DNA of 41,722 nt from Bacilli bacterium (GTDB taxonomy: Bacteria > Bacillota_I > Bacilli_A > RF39 > UBA660). The number at the start of each line of letters is the position of its first letter. Position 1 is the first letter of the stretch. Of this stretch, positions 9,880-18,537 are shown piece after piece. The stretch is from contig SKGN01000040.1 in the NCBI GenBank assembly GCA_007117415.1, forward strand, positions 1 to 41,722, in the 5' to 3' direction. A program made the position numbers and the translations under genes. Under the pieces are notes generated by a model. It made no database searches, was not told the DNA's origin, and worked only from the letters and a program-made list of their open reading frames with translations.

Positions 9880-10542
9880 ATGTTTAAGAAAGTAATGATA
9901 ATATTTGTTTTTATAGTAATATGTTTTATTTTTATTTTTAAAGAAGAAGTTGCTGTAGTTAACGTAGAAAAAATAAATTTAAATTTAAAAGAAGAAGAAA
10001 TAGGGGTTGTATTTATCGATCAAGATAAAGATGATTACCTTTTAATATTATCTGATAAAGTTTCTTTGCTACTAGTGTTAGATAATTTAAAACAAGATAT
10101 TGAAAAAATATTAAATAAATTTAATGTTTATGATGTTAAGTTTATATTAATTAAAGATAATAATATAAGAATTGATAAAAATATAATTAAACTTATGGAT
10201 TATTATAAAGAAGGGGATATTGAGTTTTTTTTAAAAGAAGATATAATAAAAATTGTATATGGAGATACTAGTTTTTGTATATATATAAATTCAACGGCTA
10301 ATAAATTAGATATTTTTGATTGTAATCTTGTTTATTTTTATAAAGTGCTTAACATTCCGTATTTAAAAATCAATGAGCGAACGGATGTGATTTTTTATCA
10401 TTATGAACGACCACTCCCTTCTTATTTAGTCGAGAAAATATATGAAAAATGGATTAATACCTATATGATAAGAAATAACGAATGGACGGTTATTAAGATT
10501 GGTGACGGTTATTATAATATTATCGTTATACCAAATAGTTAG
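9880..10542 (+). CDS. Hypothetical membrane-anchored protein (N-terminal TM helix; possible degenerate metallo-beta-lactamase/ComEC-C-like fold)
   Basis: The ORF is 220 aa with RBS GAGGTG and the hydrophobic N-terminus VMIIFVFIVICFIFIF. I recognise no confident family. Confidence 0.55.
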   Translation: MFKKVMIIFVFIVICFIFIFKEEVAVVNVEKINLNLKEEEIGVVFIDQDKDDYLLILSDKVSLLLVLDNLKQDIEKILNKFNVYDVKFILIKDNNIRIDKNIIKLMDYYKEGDIEFFLKEDIIKIVYGDTSFCIYINSTANKLDIFDCNLVYFYKVLNIPYLKINERTDVIFYHYERPLPSYLVEKIYEKWINTYMIRNNEWTVIKIGDGYYNIIVIPNS

Positions 10543-10576
10543 TATTAATGATATAATGTTTATAGGAGGTATTTAA

Positions 10577-11230
10577 ATGAATACAGCTAAATTAATTAAT
10601 ATATTAAAAATGGGTAATTTAACGATACCAATTTTTTTAGTAAAAAATTATCAGAAACTAAACATTGATATTCAAGGTGTTATTTTACTTTCATATTTAA
10701 TGAATAAAGAACCGTTATTTGATTATAAGTTAATAAATAATGACTTAGGACTAAAAGAAACAGAAATATTACAAGGTGTTAATAAGTTACAAGAAAGTGG
10801 CGTTTTAAGTTTTTCAGTTACAAAGAATGATAAAGGTATTATGGAAGAATTTATATCTTTAGAACCTCTATATAATAAGTTATCATTAATATTAATTGAA
10901 GATATTAATTCGGGCGAAAATAATAAGGCTAATATTTATCAATTGTTTGAAGAAGAATTTGGAAGAACCTTATCGCCTATTGAGTATGAGATAATTAGTG
11001 GTTGGTTAGAATCAAATTATAGTGATGAGATAATTAAAGAAGCATTAAAAGAGGCTGTTTATAATGGGGCTAATAATTTAAGGTATATTGATAAAATATT
11101 ATTTGAATGGCATAAAAAAGGTATTAGAAAGTTAGTAGATTTAGAAAAAGAGCGAGTTAAACATGCCAAAACGAAAAAAGAAACCATAGAAGTACCAGAT
11201 TATAATTGGTTAGAAGATGATGACGAATAA
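10577..11230 (+). CDS. dnaD: DnaD-domain replication initiation / membrane attachment protein
   Basis: The C-terminal DnaD/DnaB_2-type repeat reads FEEEFGRTLSPIEYEIISGWL...YIDKILFEWHKKGI. RBS is AGGAGG. Size (217 aa) and position opposite ponA-recU match B. subtilis. Confidence 0.8.
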   Translation: MNTAKLINILKMGNLTIPIFLVKNYQKLNIDIQGVILLSYLMNKEPLFDYKLINNDLGLKETEILQGVNKLQESGVLSFSVTKNDKGIMEEFISLEPLYNKLSLILIEDINSGENNKANIYQLFEEEFGRTLSPIEYEIISGWLESNYSDEIIKEALKEAVYNGANNLRYIDKILFEWHKKGIRKLVDLEKERVKHAKTKKETIEVPDYNWLEDDDE

Positions 11231-11260
11231 AATAAGATTATTAGTAAATACTTTGTCAAC

Positions 11261-11295
11261 AAAAAACGATGATTTTAACGGTCATCGTTTTTTGT
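11261..11295. terminator. Bidirectional rho-independent terminator between convergent dnaD and ponA
   Basis: The stem AACGATGA / TCATCGTT has a 9-nt loop and is flanked by an A-run upstream and a T-run downstream. Confidence 0.6.
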
Positions 11296-11302
11296 TGTTT
11301 TA

Positions 11303-14242
11303 TTATTCTATTATTACGGTTCTAGTTAAGTTATAAGTTTCTCCTTTATAAACAACTTTGTAATTAATAACATATGTTTCTGGTGAGGAGGTATTAATTT
11401 GATTATTGGGAATAATTTCTTCATCTGACATTCTAGTAGTCGTTTTGGTAATAGTCGCATTAGAGGTAACATTTACTAGATTTTCCATAACGAGAACACC
11501 TAATTCATTATAGGGATCATTAACTTGAAGATTAATGGTAGAACTTCCGTTTAGTGATACTTCTATGATAGGAATGAAGGGGTTGTCAGATATAGTGATT
11601 TCATGACCACTACTTCTATTATCTTTAAAGATTGAATAACTTGTTTTTATAACATAAGTAAGTGAACCAGTAGTTGCTGGAGTATGGGTGAATTGATTTT
11701 CGCCAGTCCACCCGAGATGATATAGTTGATTATCTTTCTTTAAATATATATCATAACCAATAGTACCTAGTACTTCTAAATTCTCTGCATGTAGTATACT
11801 AACATACTTATCCTTATGCACGCCATATAGGTCAAGTAATTCATTAGTAATAATACTAGGAGGAGTTACTGAATTCCATGATAATTTAATTTTTGAACCT
11901 TCAATATTTATATCAACGTTAGCGGGATTTGTTAAAGTTCTAAATCGTGGTGAAACTTCAGTTGGTTGTGTTCCTCTTATAAAGTACTCAGCGCTTCTAA
12001 AACTTTGAGGAGTCCACTCACTAGCTAACATAGCAGGCATTGTTCCTTTTTCTACGGTAACTCTTACAACACTATTAGGAGGAGTAAACTTTTTGTTATT
12101 TCTTTCAAAAATACCTTGTGCTAAAAGAGTAAATAAATTATTTCTAAGGCTCCAAGAAGCGGTGGTATGATGATATTTAGAATCTATTTTTTCATAACCT
12201 AACCACATACCAATCGCATAATCAGGAGAATAACCAGCATACCATAAATCATTTAAAGCATTACTAGATAAGTTAAATCTTTTTTTAATTTCTGCATCAA
12301 AATTAGTCGTTCCTGATTTAGCAGCAACTTCAACACCACTAACTCTACCACCACTAATTAAACGATTATCAATACTATAGCGTAATATATCGGTAATCAT
12401 AAAGGCGGTAGCCTCAGACATGACTCTGGTTTTATCTGCTGTAAACGTTTCAACGTCATTGGTATCAATATACTCTACTTTGCTAACCGAATGCGGTTCA
12501 ATATAATAACCACCATTACCAAAGGCAGCATAAGCAGCTGCTAATTGAAGCGGGGAGGCACCATTAAAAGCTCCTATAGCATGAGCCTCATGAACTCTGC
12601 CGCCCTCTATTTCGGGTTCGATACCAAGCGACGTTACAAATTTCAAAATATCCCCATTATTTAACTGTTGAAAGGCTTTTAAAGCGGGAATATTTCTTGA
12701 TTTACCTAGCGCATATCTTAATGTTAGAAAGCCATCATATTTTCCGTCCCAGTTAGTCATAGGTCTATTATTAGAATAACTATGAACATCATCGATAAAA
12801 GGAGTATATGTAGACCAATTATTATATTCTATTCCAGGACCATATTCAAAAATGGGCTTAGCCGTAGAACCGATTTGTTTTTTTAACATGGTTGCAAAAT
12901 TAAATAATCGTTCACCTCTTCGATTGCGGCCATTACCAATAGCTAAGATTGCCCCAGTATGAATATCAGTTACAGCAATTCCAGCTTGCACAACATCGTT
13001 AGGAAATTTAAATATTTCCCCACTTAAAATCCTATTTAAATAATTTTGTTTTTCACTTGCATAATTAGTATATATTCTCATGGGTACGTTATAGGGATTA
13101 TAACCAGTTTTTCTTTCAACCTCTTCTATAACCACATCAACATATCCTTGGAAAACCATACTCTCTTGATTATTTCTTTCAATTAATAAATCTTCTATGG
13201 GAATTGAATTGGCAATTTCTTCTTCTTCTCTACTTATGTATCCGTGTCTTCTCATTAAATATAAAACGGTAGTTCTTCTTCGTTCTATTCTTTCTGGATA
13301 TAAGTAAGGATCATAGGCACCAGGTGCTTGAAACAGACCCGCTATCAACGCTGCTTCGGTTAGATTTATATCTTGTACTTCTTTACCAAAATAATTTCTA
13401 GCAGCTTCAGCAACCCCATATGAACTGTTGCCTAAGTAGGGAGTATTAACATAAAACTCAATAATTTCTTCTTTAGTATATTTTTTTTCTAATTTAAAAA
13501 TAGACAAATAAATATCAGTAAACTTTCTAACATAAGATCGTTCGGTAGAGGTAAAACTATTTTTTATTACTTGCATACTTAAGGTTGACGCACCACCAGC
13601 ATTCTGTCCGGTTATTTCTCCTATGCCAGCTCTAAAAAAACGGGGTGCATCAAAGCCATTATGTTGAAAATATCTAGCATCTTCAGTAGCTATAATCGCG
13701 TCAATAAGAACCTCTGGAAGATCGTTATAAGAAATTTTATCTCTCATTTCTCTACCTATTTTAGTAATTATATTGCCGCTGTTATCATAAATAATAGAGG
13801 CTTCTTTTCGATATAAGTTTTCTGGATCAAAGTGAGGTGCCACTTTAACTATATACATGCCAAAGAGGATTATTAAAATAAGTAATAAGATTGCCCCGAT
13901 AAGTAGTATTAAACCTAAAATGTATAATATTTTTTTCCATATGTTTTTTTTCTTTTTAGGTTGTTTATTTCTATTTGGTTTCTTTTTTATTTTAGTGTTG
14001 CTAATTTTTTTTCTTTTTTTACGCATAATATTTCCTCCATACTTCAAACCTAATAAAAAACCACCACTAATTATTACAACAATTGTTGGTATAAAGCCCG
14101 CTAAGAGTAAAATACCTAGCAGTATTATTCCTAAAATAGCAATGATAATATGGGTTTTATATTTGTTGTTTTTTATTTTTACCATTATTTTTTGGGAATA
14201 GTTATCAATCTTTTTAAAGATTTTTTGTATATATTTTTTCAT
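11303..14242 (-). CDS. ponA: Class A penicillin-binding protein 1A (GT51 transglycosylase + transpeptidase) with C-terminal beta-rich extension
   Basis: GT51 motifs are EDARYFQHNGFD and RKF..IY. The transpeptidase motif is STAKP (SxxK). The start overlaps the recU stop (TAATG on the minus strand at 14240-14244). Confidence 0.9.
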   Translation of the reverse strand: MKKYIQKIFKKIDNYSQKIMVKIKNNKYKTHIIIAILGIILLGILLLAGFIPTIVVIISGGFLLGLKYGGNIMRKKRKKISNTKIKKKPNRNKQPKKKKNIWKKILYILGLILLIGAILLLILIILFGMYIVKVAPHFDPENLYRKEASIIYDNSGNIITKIGREMRDKISYNDLPEVLIDAIIATEDARYFQHNGFDAPRFFRAGIGEITGQNAGGASTLSMQVIKNSFTSTERSYVRKFTDIYLSIFKLEKKYTKEEIIEFYVNTPYLGNSSYGVAEAARNYFGKEVQDINLTEAALIAGLFQAPGAYDPYLYPERIERRRTTVLYLMRRHGYISREEEEIANSIPIEDLLIERNNQESMVFQGYVDVVIEEVERKTGYNPYNVPMRIYTNYASEKQNYLNRILSGEIFKFPNDVVQAGIAVTDIHTGAILAIGNGRNRRGERLFNFATMLKKQIGSTAKPIFEYGPGIEYNNWSTYTPFIDDVHSYSNNRPMTNWDGKYDGFLTLRYALGKSRNIPALKAFQQLNNGDILKFVTSLGIEPEIEGGRVHEAHAIGAFNGASPLQLAAAYAAFGNGGYYIEPHSVSKVEYIDTNDVETFTADKTRVMSEATAFMITDILRYSIDNRLISGGRVSGVEVAAKSGTTNFDAEIKKRFNLSSNALNDLWYAGYSPDYAIGMWLGYEKIDSKYHHTTASWSLRNNLFTLLAQGIFERNNKKFTPPNSVVRVTVEKGTMPAMLASEWTPQSFRSAEYFIRGTQPTEVSPRFRTLTNPANVDINIEGSKIKLSWNSVTPPSIITNELLDLYGVHKDKYVSILHAENLEVLGTIGYDIYLKKDNQLYHLGWTGENQFTHTPATTGSLTYVIKTSYSIFKDNRSSGHEITISDNPFIPIIEVSLNGSSTINLQVNDPYNELGVLVMENLVNVTSNATITKTTTRMSDEEIIPNNQINTSSPETYVINYKVVYKGETYNLTRTVIIE

Positions 14243-14811
14243 TAGTTACCTCCAAAATAAACCCTATTTACAATGTTAATATAATCTAATCTAGGTGAAA
14301 AGGTTTCTTTTATTATAAAACCATGTTTCTCGAAAAAACTTATTGGAATAGCTTTTTCTTTATTGGTGATGGTAAAATTAATAAGATCTTCACCTTTTAA
14401 TAAAAAAGTTTTACTTAACGTTGTCCACCTAATAATAATAAATACTATTCCATTATGATTAATAATTCTCTTTATATGGTTAATTTGATGTTGGTTAAGA
14501 TTATTAATCGGGAAACCCTTTTTATTTTTAGTTTCCTTAGCTTCAAAATCAATATATCTTCCTTTATAAACGCCATTATAATCAGTAGTTGATGGAGTTT
14601 GAAAAAAGCCTTCGGTTATTAAGGGTTTTTGGGTCGCGTTATAGGTTACTTTAGTGACCTTTATAGGAGTAGCTTTTTTGTTAATAATAGCTATGTTGTT
14701 ATCTATGTAATATTGATTAGTTATATTTAAATCACTTTCTAAAGTCATACCTCTATTGGCATAATTAATAACCTTTTTTTGATCTTTTATTATTTTGTTG
14801 GGATATTTCAT
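14242..14811 (-). CDS. recU: Holliday junction resolvase RecU
   Basis: NRGMTLESDLN, STTDYNGVYKGRYIDFEAKETKNK and PRLDYI are near-identical in pattern to B. subtilis RecU. RBS is GGTGG. The recU-ponA operon order is conserved. Confidence 0.9.
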   Translation of the reverse strand: MKYPNKIIKDQKKVINYANRGMTLESDLNITNQYYIDNNIAIINKKATPIKVTKVTYNATQKPLITEGFFQTPSTTDYNGVYKGRYIDFEAKETKNKKGFPINNLNQHQINHIKRIINHNGIVFIIIRWTTLSKTFLLKGEDLINFTITNKEKAIPISFFEKHGFIIKETFSPRLDYINIVNRVYFGGN

Positions 14812-15108
14812 TAAACCACCTATTTAAATTATACTATAAATAAAAGATAAAATCTATATGGCAAAATTAAAAAAAAAGGAGAAGTTTGATATCTATTAGC
14901 TATTATTATCCTTCTATCAGTGATATTAACATAGGGTATTAAATATGTGATAGGGTAAGTTAAAGGAGGTTATTAATGGATAAAATTTATATTAATTATA
15001 TGTTTGATTATATAATTAAAGAAATTAATTATATAAAGTTAAAGTATCCCATTAGGTATTAAATATATTTTAATAACCTTTCATATTATTGTATAGGAGG
15101 ACAATAAT

Positions 15109-15408
15109 ATGGAAGATTTTTTATTTAAGGTAGACATTACACCTCATATGATATATTTGGCAGTTATTTTGTTAGTGATTGGTAAGGGATTAAAAGATGC
15201 TCCTTTTATTAATCGGTGGATGATTATTTGGATATTGATGTTTATCAGTATTATTATTAATTTTATTTTTTATGACGTTAGTTTTGAAAGGTTGTTTGAG
15301 GCTGTAATATCCACCTCATTGGCGGTTACGATGCATCAAACATATAAACAGACAAATGAAGGGGTTAGAAGTATTCGAAAAAAAATTGACAAAAAACTTA
15401 TTTTTTGA
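15109..15408 (+). CDS. Small integral membrane protein (2-3 TM helices, holin-like architecture), function unknown
   Basis: The ORF is 99 aa with a strong RBS (GGAGG at 15095-15099), hydrophobic segments MIYLAVILLVIG and WMIIWILMFISIIINFIF, and a basic C-terminus. Confidence 0.6.
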   Translation: MEDFLFKVDITPHMIYLAVILLVIGKGLKDAPFINRWMIIWILMFISIIINFIFYDVSFERLFEAVISTSLAVTMHQTYKQTNEGVRSIRKKIDKKLIF

Positions 15409-15434
15409 GAGAATATAGTAGACGAGGTGAGAAT

Positions 15435-15755
15435 ATGGTTTGTGATAAAATAGTTTTAACGCCAAGAGACATCTTAGAAAAAGAGTTTAAAGTTGATACA
15501 AGAGGATTTAGACCTCAAGAGGTAGATAAATTTTTAGATATAATTATTAAGGATTATACGGAATTTATTGCAATAATAAAAAAGTTAGAAGAAGAGAAAA
15601 AAGAGTTAATTGAAGAAACGTTAAGACTTAAACATGAACTTAGAACAATAAGCGCTAATATTGATTTAATAAAAGGTAACGATAAAGTTACTAATGTTGA
15701 TATTTTAAGACGTTTATCTCACTTGGAAAAAATTATATTTGGTAAAGAAGAATAG
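15435..15755 (+). CDS. gpsB: Cell-cycle / divisome protein GpsB (DivIVA-domain)
   Basis: LTPRDILEKEFKVDTRGFRPQEVDKFLDIIIKDY is the DivIVA/GpsB N-terminal domain, followed by a coiled coil. The track ORF starts at 15405, but GAGGTGA at 15424-15430 places the start at ATG 15435. Confidence 0.85.
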   Translation: MVCDKIVLTPRDILEKEFKVDTRGFRPQEVDKFLDIIIKDYTEFIAIIKKLEEEKKELIEETLRLKHELRTISANIDLIKGNDKVTNVDILRRLSHLEKIIFGKEE

Positions 15756-16106
15756 TATCTGGGTAAATGCTGCATAATTTTTTATGTAGAGGAAAGTCCA
15801 TGCTCACACTATCTGTGATGATAGTAGTGTTCGTGCACAGGGAAAAAATAACCTGTGATAGCAGAAATTGCTAATGGCTCTAAAAAACCTAAGTCTTTGA
15901 TATGGTGGATTAGTGTAAAAGTGCCAAAGTGACGATGCTTCATAGAAATATGAAGAGTGGAACGTGGTAAACCCCGCGAGTGAGAAACCCAAATTATGGT
16001 AGGGGAACTTATCAATTAGGAAGAAGAACTAGTTGAGAGATGGAAACATAGATAAATATTTGCCGCCTAGCAATAGGTACAGAACATGGCTTATAAGATA
16101 CTATTT
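15751..16106 (+). ncRNA. rnpB: RNase P RNA, type B (Bacillus-like)
   Basis: P4 5' strand is GAGGAAAGTCCATGCTC and P4 3' strand is ACAGAACATGGCTTA. Conserved blocks GTAGTGTTCGTGC, AAAGTGCCAAAGTGACGA, AGAGTGGAACGTGGTAAACCCCGCGAGTGAGAAACCCAAAT, GGTAGGGGAAC and TTGCCGCCT are present. P1 pairs AATAGTATCT (15751-15760) with AGATACTATT (16096-16105), followed by a U-run. Confidence 0.9.
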
Positions 16107-16140
16107 TTTTTATTTTTGTAAATTAAAAGAGGTGAAATAA

Positions 16141-16617
16141 ATGAAGGAAATTGGTGAGCAACTAAAGCAAGCCAGGGAAGCAATGGGAATTACCATTGAA
16201 GAAGTTTCCGAAGATATAAAATTAACCCCTTCACAACTAAAAAGCATTGAAGATGGAGATCGACAAGGTTTAAAAGACATTCTCAATTTAAAACAATTAA
16301 TTAAAGATTACGCTAAATATTTAGGTTTAGAACAAGATGAAATTGAGGATAAATTTAATGAATTTGTTTTTGAATATACCTCAAAAATACCGCTTGAAGA
16401 GATAGCAAAGGCTAATCAACAAAAAAAGGTTGAGGAACCAAAAAAAATAAAATCGCCATATACAATGGAACGTGCCAAAAACTTTTTCAAAATCAAATGG
16501 ATAATGATAATATTAATAATTTTATTTATAATAGTAATTTTTTTTATTACTAGAGAAATTGCCTATAAACCATCTAATATAATAGATAATGGATTGATTG
16601 GTTTTTTCAAGAAGTGA
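16141..16617 (+). CDS. rodZ: RodZ-like cytoskeleton protein (XRE-type HTH + single TM helix)
   Basis: The N-terminal HTH reads IGEQLKQAREAMGITIEEVSEDIKLTPSQLKSIEDG, and the TM segment is IKWIMIILIILFIIVIFFI. It sits directly upstream of pgsA, like ymfM/rodZ in B. subtilis, but is shorter (158 aa). Confidence 0.6.
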   Translation: MKEIGEQLKQAREAMGITIEEVSEDIKLTPSQLKSIEDGDRQGLKDILNLKQLIKDYAKYLGLEQDEIEDKFNEFVFEYTSKIPLEEIAKANQQKKVEEPKKIKSPYTMERAKNFFKIKWIMIILIILFIIVIFFITREIAYKPSNIIDNGLIGFFKK

Positions 16618-16625
16618 GGTTAAAG

Positions 16626-17228
16626 ATGAATATTGCTAATAAATTAACAGTAGTTAGAATGATTTTGTCGATTGTAATTATAATTATATTATTATTTCCT
16701 TTTTATACGATTGGCATAGAATTTCCTAAATATATTATTAATAATCAAATTATAATAGACTCTAAATATTTTATAGCCGGGATAATCTTTATTATAGCGG
16801 CTGTTACTGATTTTTTTGATGGCTATATTGCTAGAAAATATAATATGGTTACTGACTTTGGTAAATTAATGGACGCTATTGCGGATAAAGTGTTAGTTAA
16901 TTCCGTTTTAATTATTTTAGCAGCTAATAGTTTTATTAGTCCTATTATTCCGGTTATTATTGTAATTAGAGATGTCGTTGTTAATTCCATTAAAATGATA
17001 GCCGCTAGTAAAGGAAAAGTTATTGGAGCTATAAATTTAGGTAAAATTAAAACTATCTTTTTAATGGTAGGTATTTCCTTAACTTTATTTTATAACTTAC
17101 CGTTTGAACTATGGAATATTAAAGTAGCTGATATATTATTAATAGCAGCTGCTACTCTATCTTTAATATCTGGAATTCAATATATTATTATGAATAAAGA
17201 AATATTTATTGAAAATACTAAAAATTAG
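16626..17228 (+). CDS. pgsA: CDP-diacylglycerol--glycerol-3-phosphate 3-phosphatidyltransferase
   Basis: The CDP-alcohol phosphatidyltransferase motif is DFFDGYIARKYNMVTDFGKLMDAIADK, in a multi-TM protein. GAGGT at 16616-16620 favours ATG 16626 over the track GTG at 16614. Confidence 0.9.
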   Translation: MNIANKLTVVRMILSIVIIIILLFPFYTIGIEFPKYIINNQIIIDSKYFIAGIIFIIAAVTDFFDGYIARKYNMVTDFGKLMDAIADKVLVNSVLIILAANSFISPIIPVIIVIRDVVVNSIKMIAASKGKVIGAINLGKIKTIFLMVGISLTLFYNLPFELWNIKVADILLIAAATLSLISGIQYIIMNKEIFIENTKN

Positions 17229-17250
17229 TAATTAGATAAAATTAATTGAT

Positions 17251-17280
17251 AAAAAAAGACATATTTATATGTCTTTTTTT
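17251..17280 (+). terminator. Rho-independent terminator after pgsA
   Basis: AAAAAAAGACATAT / ATATGTCTTTTTTT forms a hairpin with a T-run. Confidence 0.7.
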
Positions 17281-17310
17281 AATTTTAGAACAAATAACTT
17301 TTCAAAAAAA

Positions 17311-17324
17311 CAAACAAATGTTCG
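17311..17324 (+). promoter_or_regulatory. Putative LexA (Cheo/SOS) box upstream of recA
   Basis: CAAACAAATGTTCG differs from the Gram-positive consensus CGAAC-N4-GTTCG at one half-site position. It lies about 70 nt upstream of the recA start. Confidence 0.4.
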
Positions 17325-17392
17325 AAAAAGCTATTGCTTTTTTTATAAAAATCATATAAACTTATTGTAGAAAGAAAGTTTGGAGGATGATT

Positions 17393-18427
17393 ATGAATAA
17401 AAATAACGATAAAAATAAAATATTAGAACAAGTACTAGTTGATATTGAAAAACAATTTGGTAAAGGATCGATTATGAAATTAGGATCTAAAGCAAGAGGC
17501 GAGGTAGATGTTTGCTCTAGCGGGTCAATTACATTGGATATTGCCTTAGGAATAGGAGGATATCCTAAAGGAAGAATAATTGAAATTTACGGACCTGAAT
17601 CAAGCGGTAAAACAACTTTTGCCCTTCATGCGATTGCAGAGGTTCAAAAAAGTGGCGGTAAAGCAGCATTCATTGATGCGGAACACGCTTTGGATCCGAT
17701 TTATGCTTCTAAGTTAGGTGTTAATATTGATGAATTATTAGTTTCTCAACCTGATACAGGGGAACAGGCTTTAGAAATTTGTGAGGCTTTGGTAAGAAGT
17801 GAAGCTATTAATATAGTTGTGATTGATTCAGTGGCAGCGTTAGTTCCTCAAGCTGAAATTGCTGGAGAAATGGGAGACTCTCATGTGGGGTTACAAGCTA
17901 GACTGATGAGTCAAGCTTTACGAAAATTATCAGGAACAATTAATAAAACTAACACTATTGCTATTTTTATTAATCAGTTAAGAGAAAAAGTTGGTGTTAT
18001 GTTTGGTAATCCTGAAACGACACCTGGAGGAAGAGCGTTAAAGTTTTATTCGACGATTAGATTAGATATAAGAAGATTAGAACAATTAAAACAAGGGGAA
18101 AATATCATTGGTAATAAAACATCAGTTAAAGTTGTCAAAAACAAAGTAGCACCGCCTTTTAAAATAGCCCATGTAGAGATAATGTATGGAGAAGGTGTTA
18201 GTCGTGAGGGTGAATTAATTGATTTAGCGGCTGATATAGGCATTATTGAAAAAAGTGGAGCTTGGTTTTCATATAAAGGAGAAAAGATGGGTCAAGGCAA
18301 AGAAAATGTAAAGGGCCTTTTAAAAGAAAATGTAAAGTTAAGACAAGAAATTGAAAATAAAGTTAGAGAGTATCATGGTATATTTAAGAAGAATGAAAAT
18401 AAAGTTGAAGAAAAGGCAACGAAATAG
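17393..18427 (+). CDS. recA: Recombinase RecA
   Basis: Walker A is GPESSGKTT, with the wider pattern [11 protein letters not shown]....[12 protein letters not shown]...[14 protein letters not shown] at 17382-17386 abuts the track ATG 17387, so ATG 17393 is the likelier start. Confidence 0.95.
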   Translation: MNKNNDKNKILEQVLVDIEKQFGKGSIMKLGSKARGEVDVCSSGSITLDIALGIGGYPKGRIIEIYGPESSGKTTFALHAIAEVQKSGGKAAFIDAEHALDPIYASKLGVNIDELLVSQPDTGEQALEICEALVRSEAINIVVIDSVAALVPQAEIAGEMGDSHVGLQARLMSQALRKLSGTINKTNTIAIFINQLREKVGVMFGNPETTPGGRALKFYSTIRLDIRRLEQLKQGENIIGNKTSVKVVKNKVAPPFKIAHVEIMYGEGVSREGELIDLAADIGIIEKSGAWFSYKGEKMGQGKENVKGLLKENVKLRQEIENKVREYHGIFKKNENKVEEKATK

Positions 18428-18438
18428 TTGTCTTTTTC

Positions 18439-18467
18439 TTGACTTTAACTCAAATCAAATTTAAAAT
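18439..18467 (+). promoter_or_regulatory. Putative sigma-A promoter for rny (TTGACT-N17-TAAAAT)
   Basis: TTGACT is at 18439-18444, with an exact 17-nt spacer and TAAAAT at 18462-18467. Confidence 0.5.
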
Positions 18468-18537
18468 ATAAGTATACGGTTAAAGTTCGATATTATTTAA
18501 CTATATAAATAAATTATAGAAAGAGTGGAGGAAAATC

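Noticed and set aside
13857-14201. 114-aa + strand ORF (Phe/Ile/Leu-rich) from the track
   Set aside because: It lies entirely antisense to the lysine-rich/TM N-terminal coding region of ponA. Its F/L-rich composition is the mirror image of AAA/AAG lysine codons. It has no RBS.
15804-16015. Two overlapping minus-strand ORFs (62 and 68 aa)
   Set aside because: They fall inside the RNase P RNA gene (rnpB), which explains this region completely.
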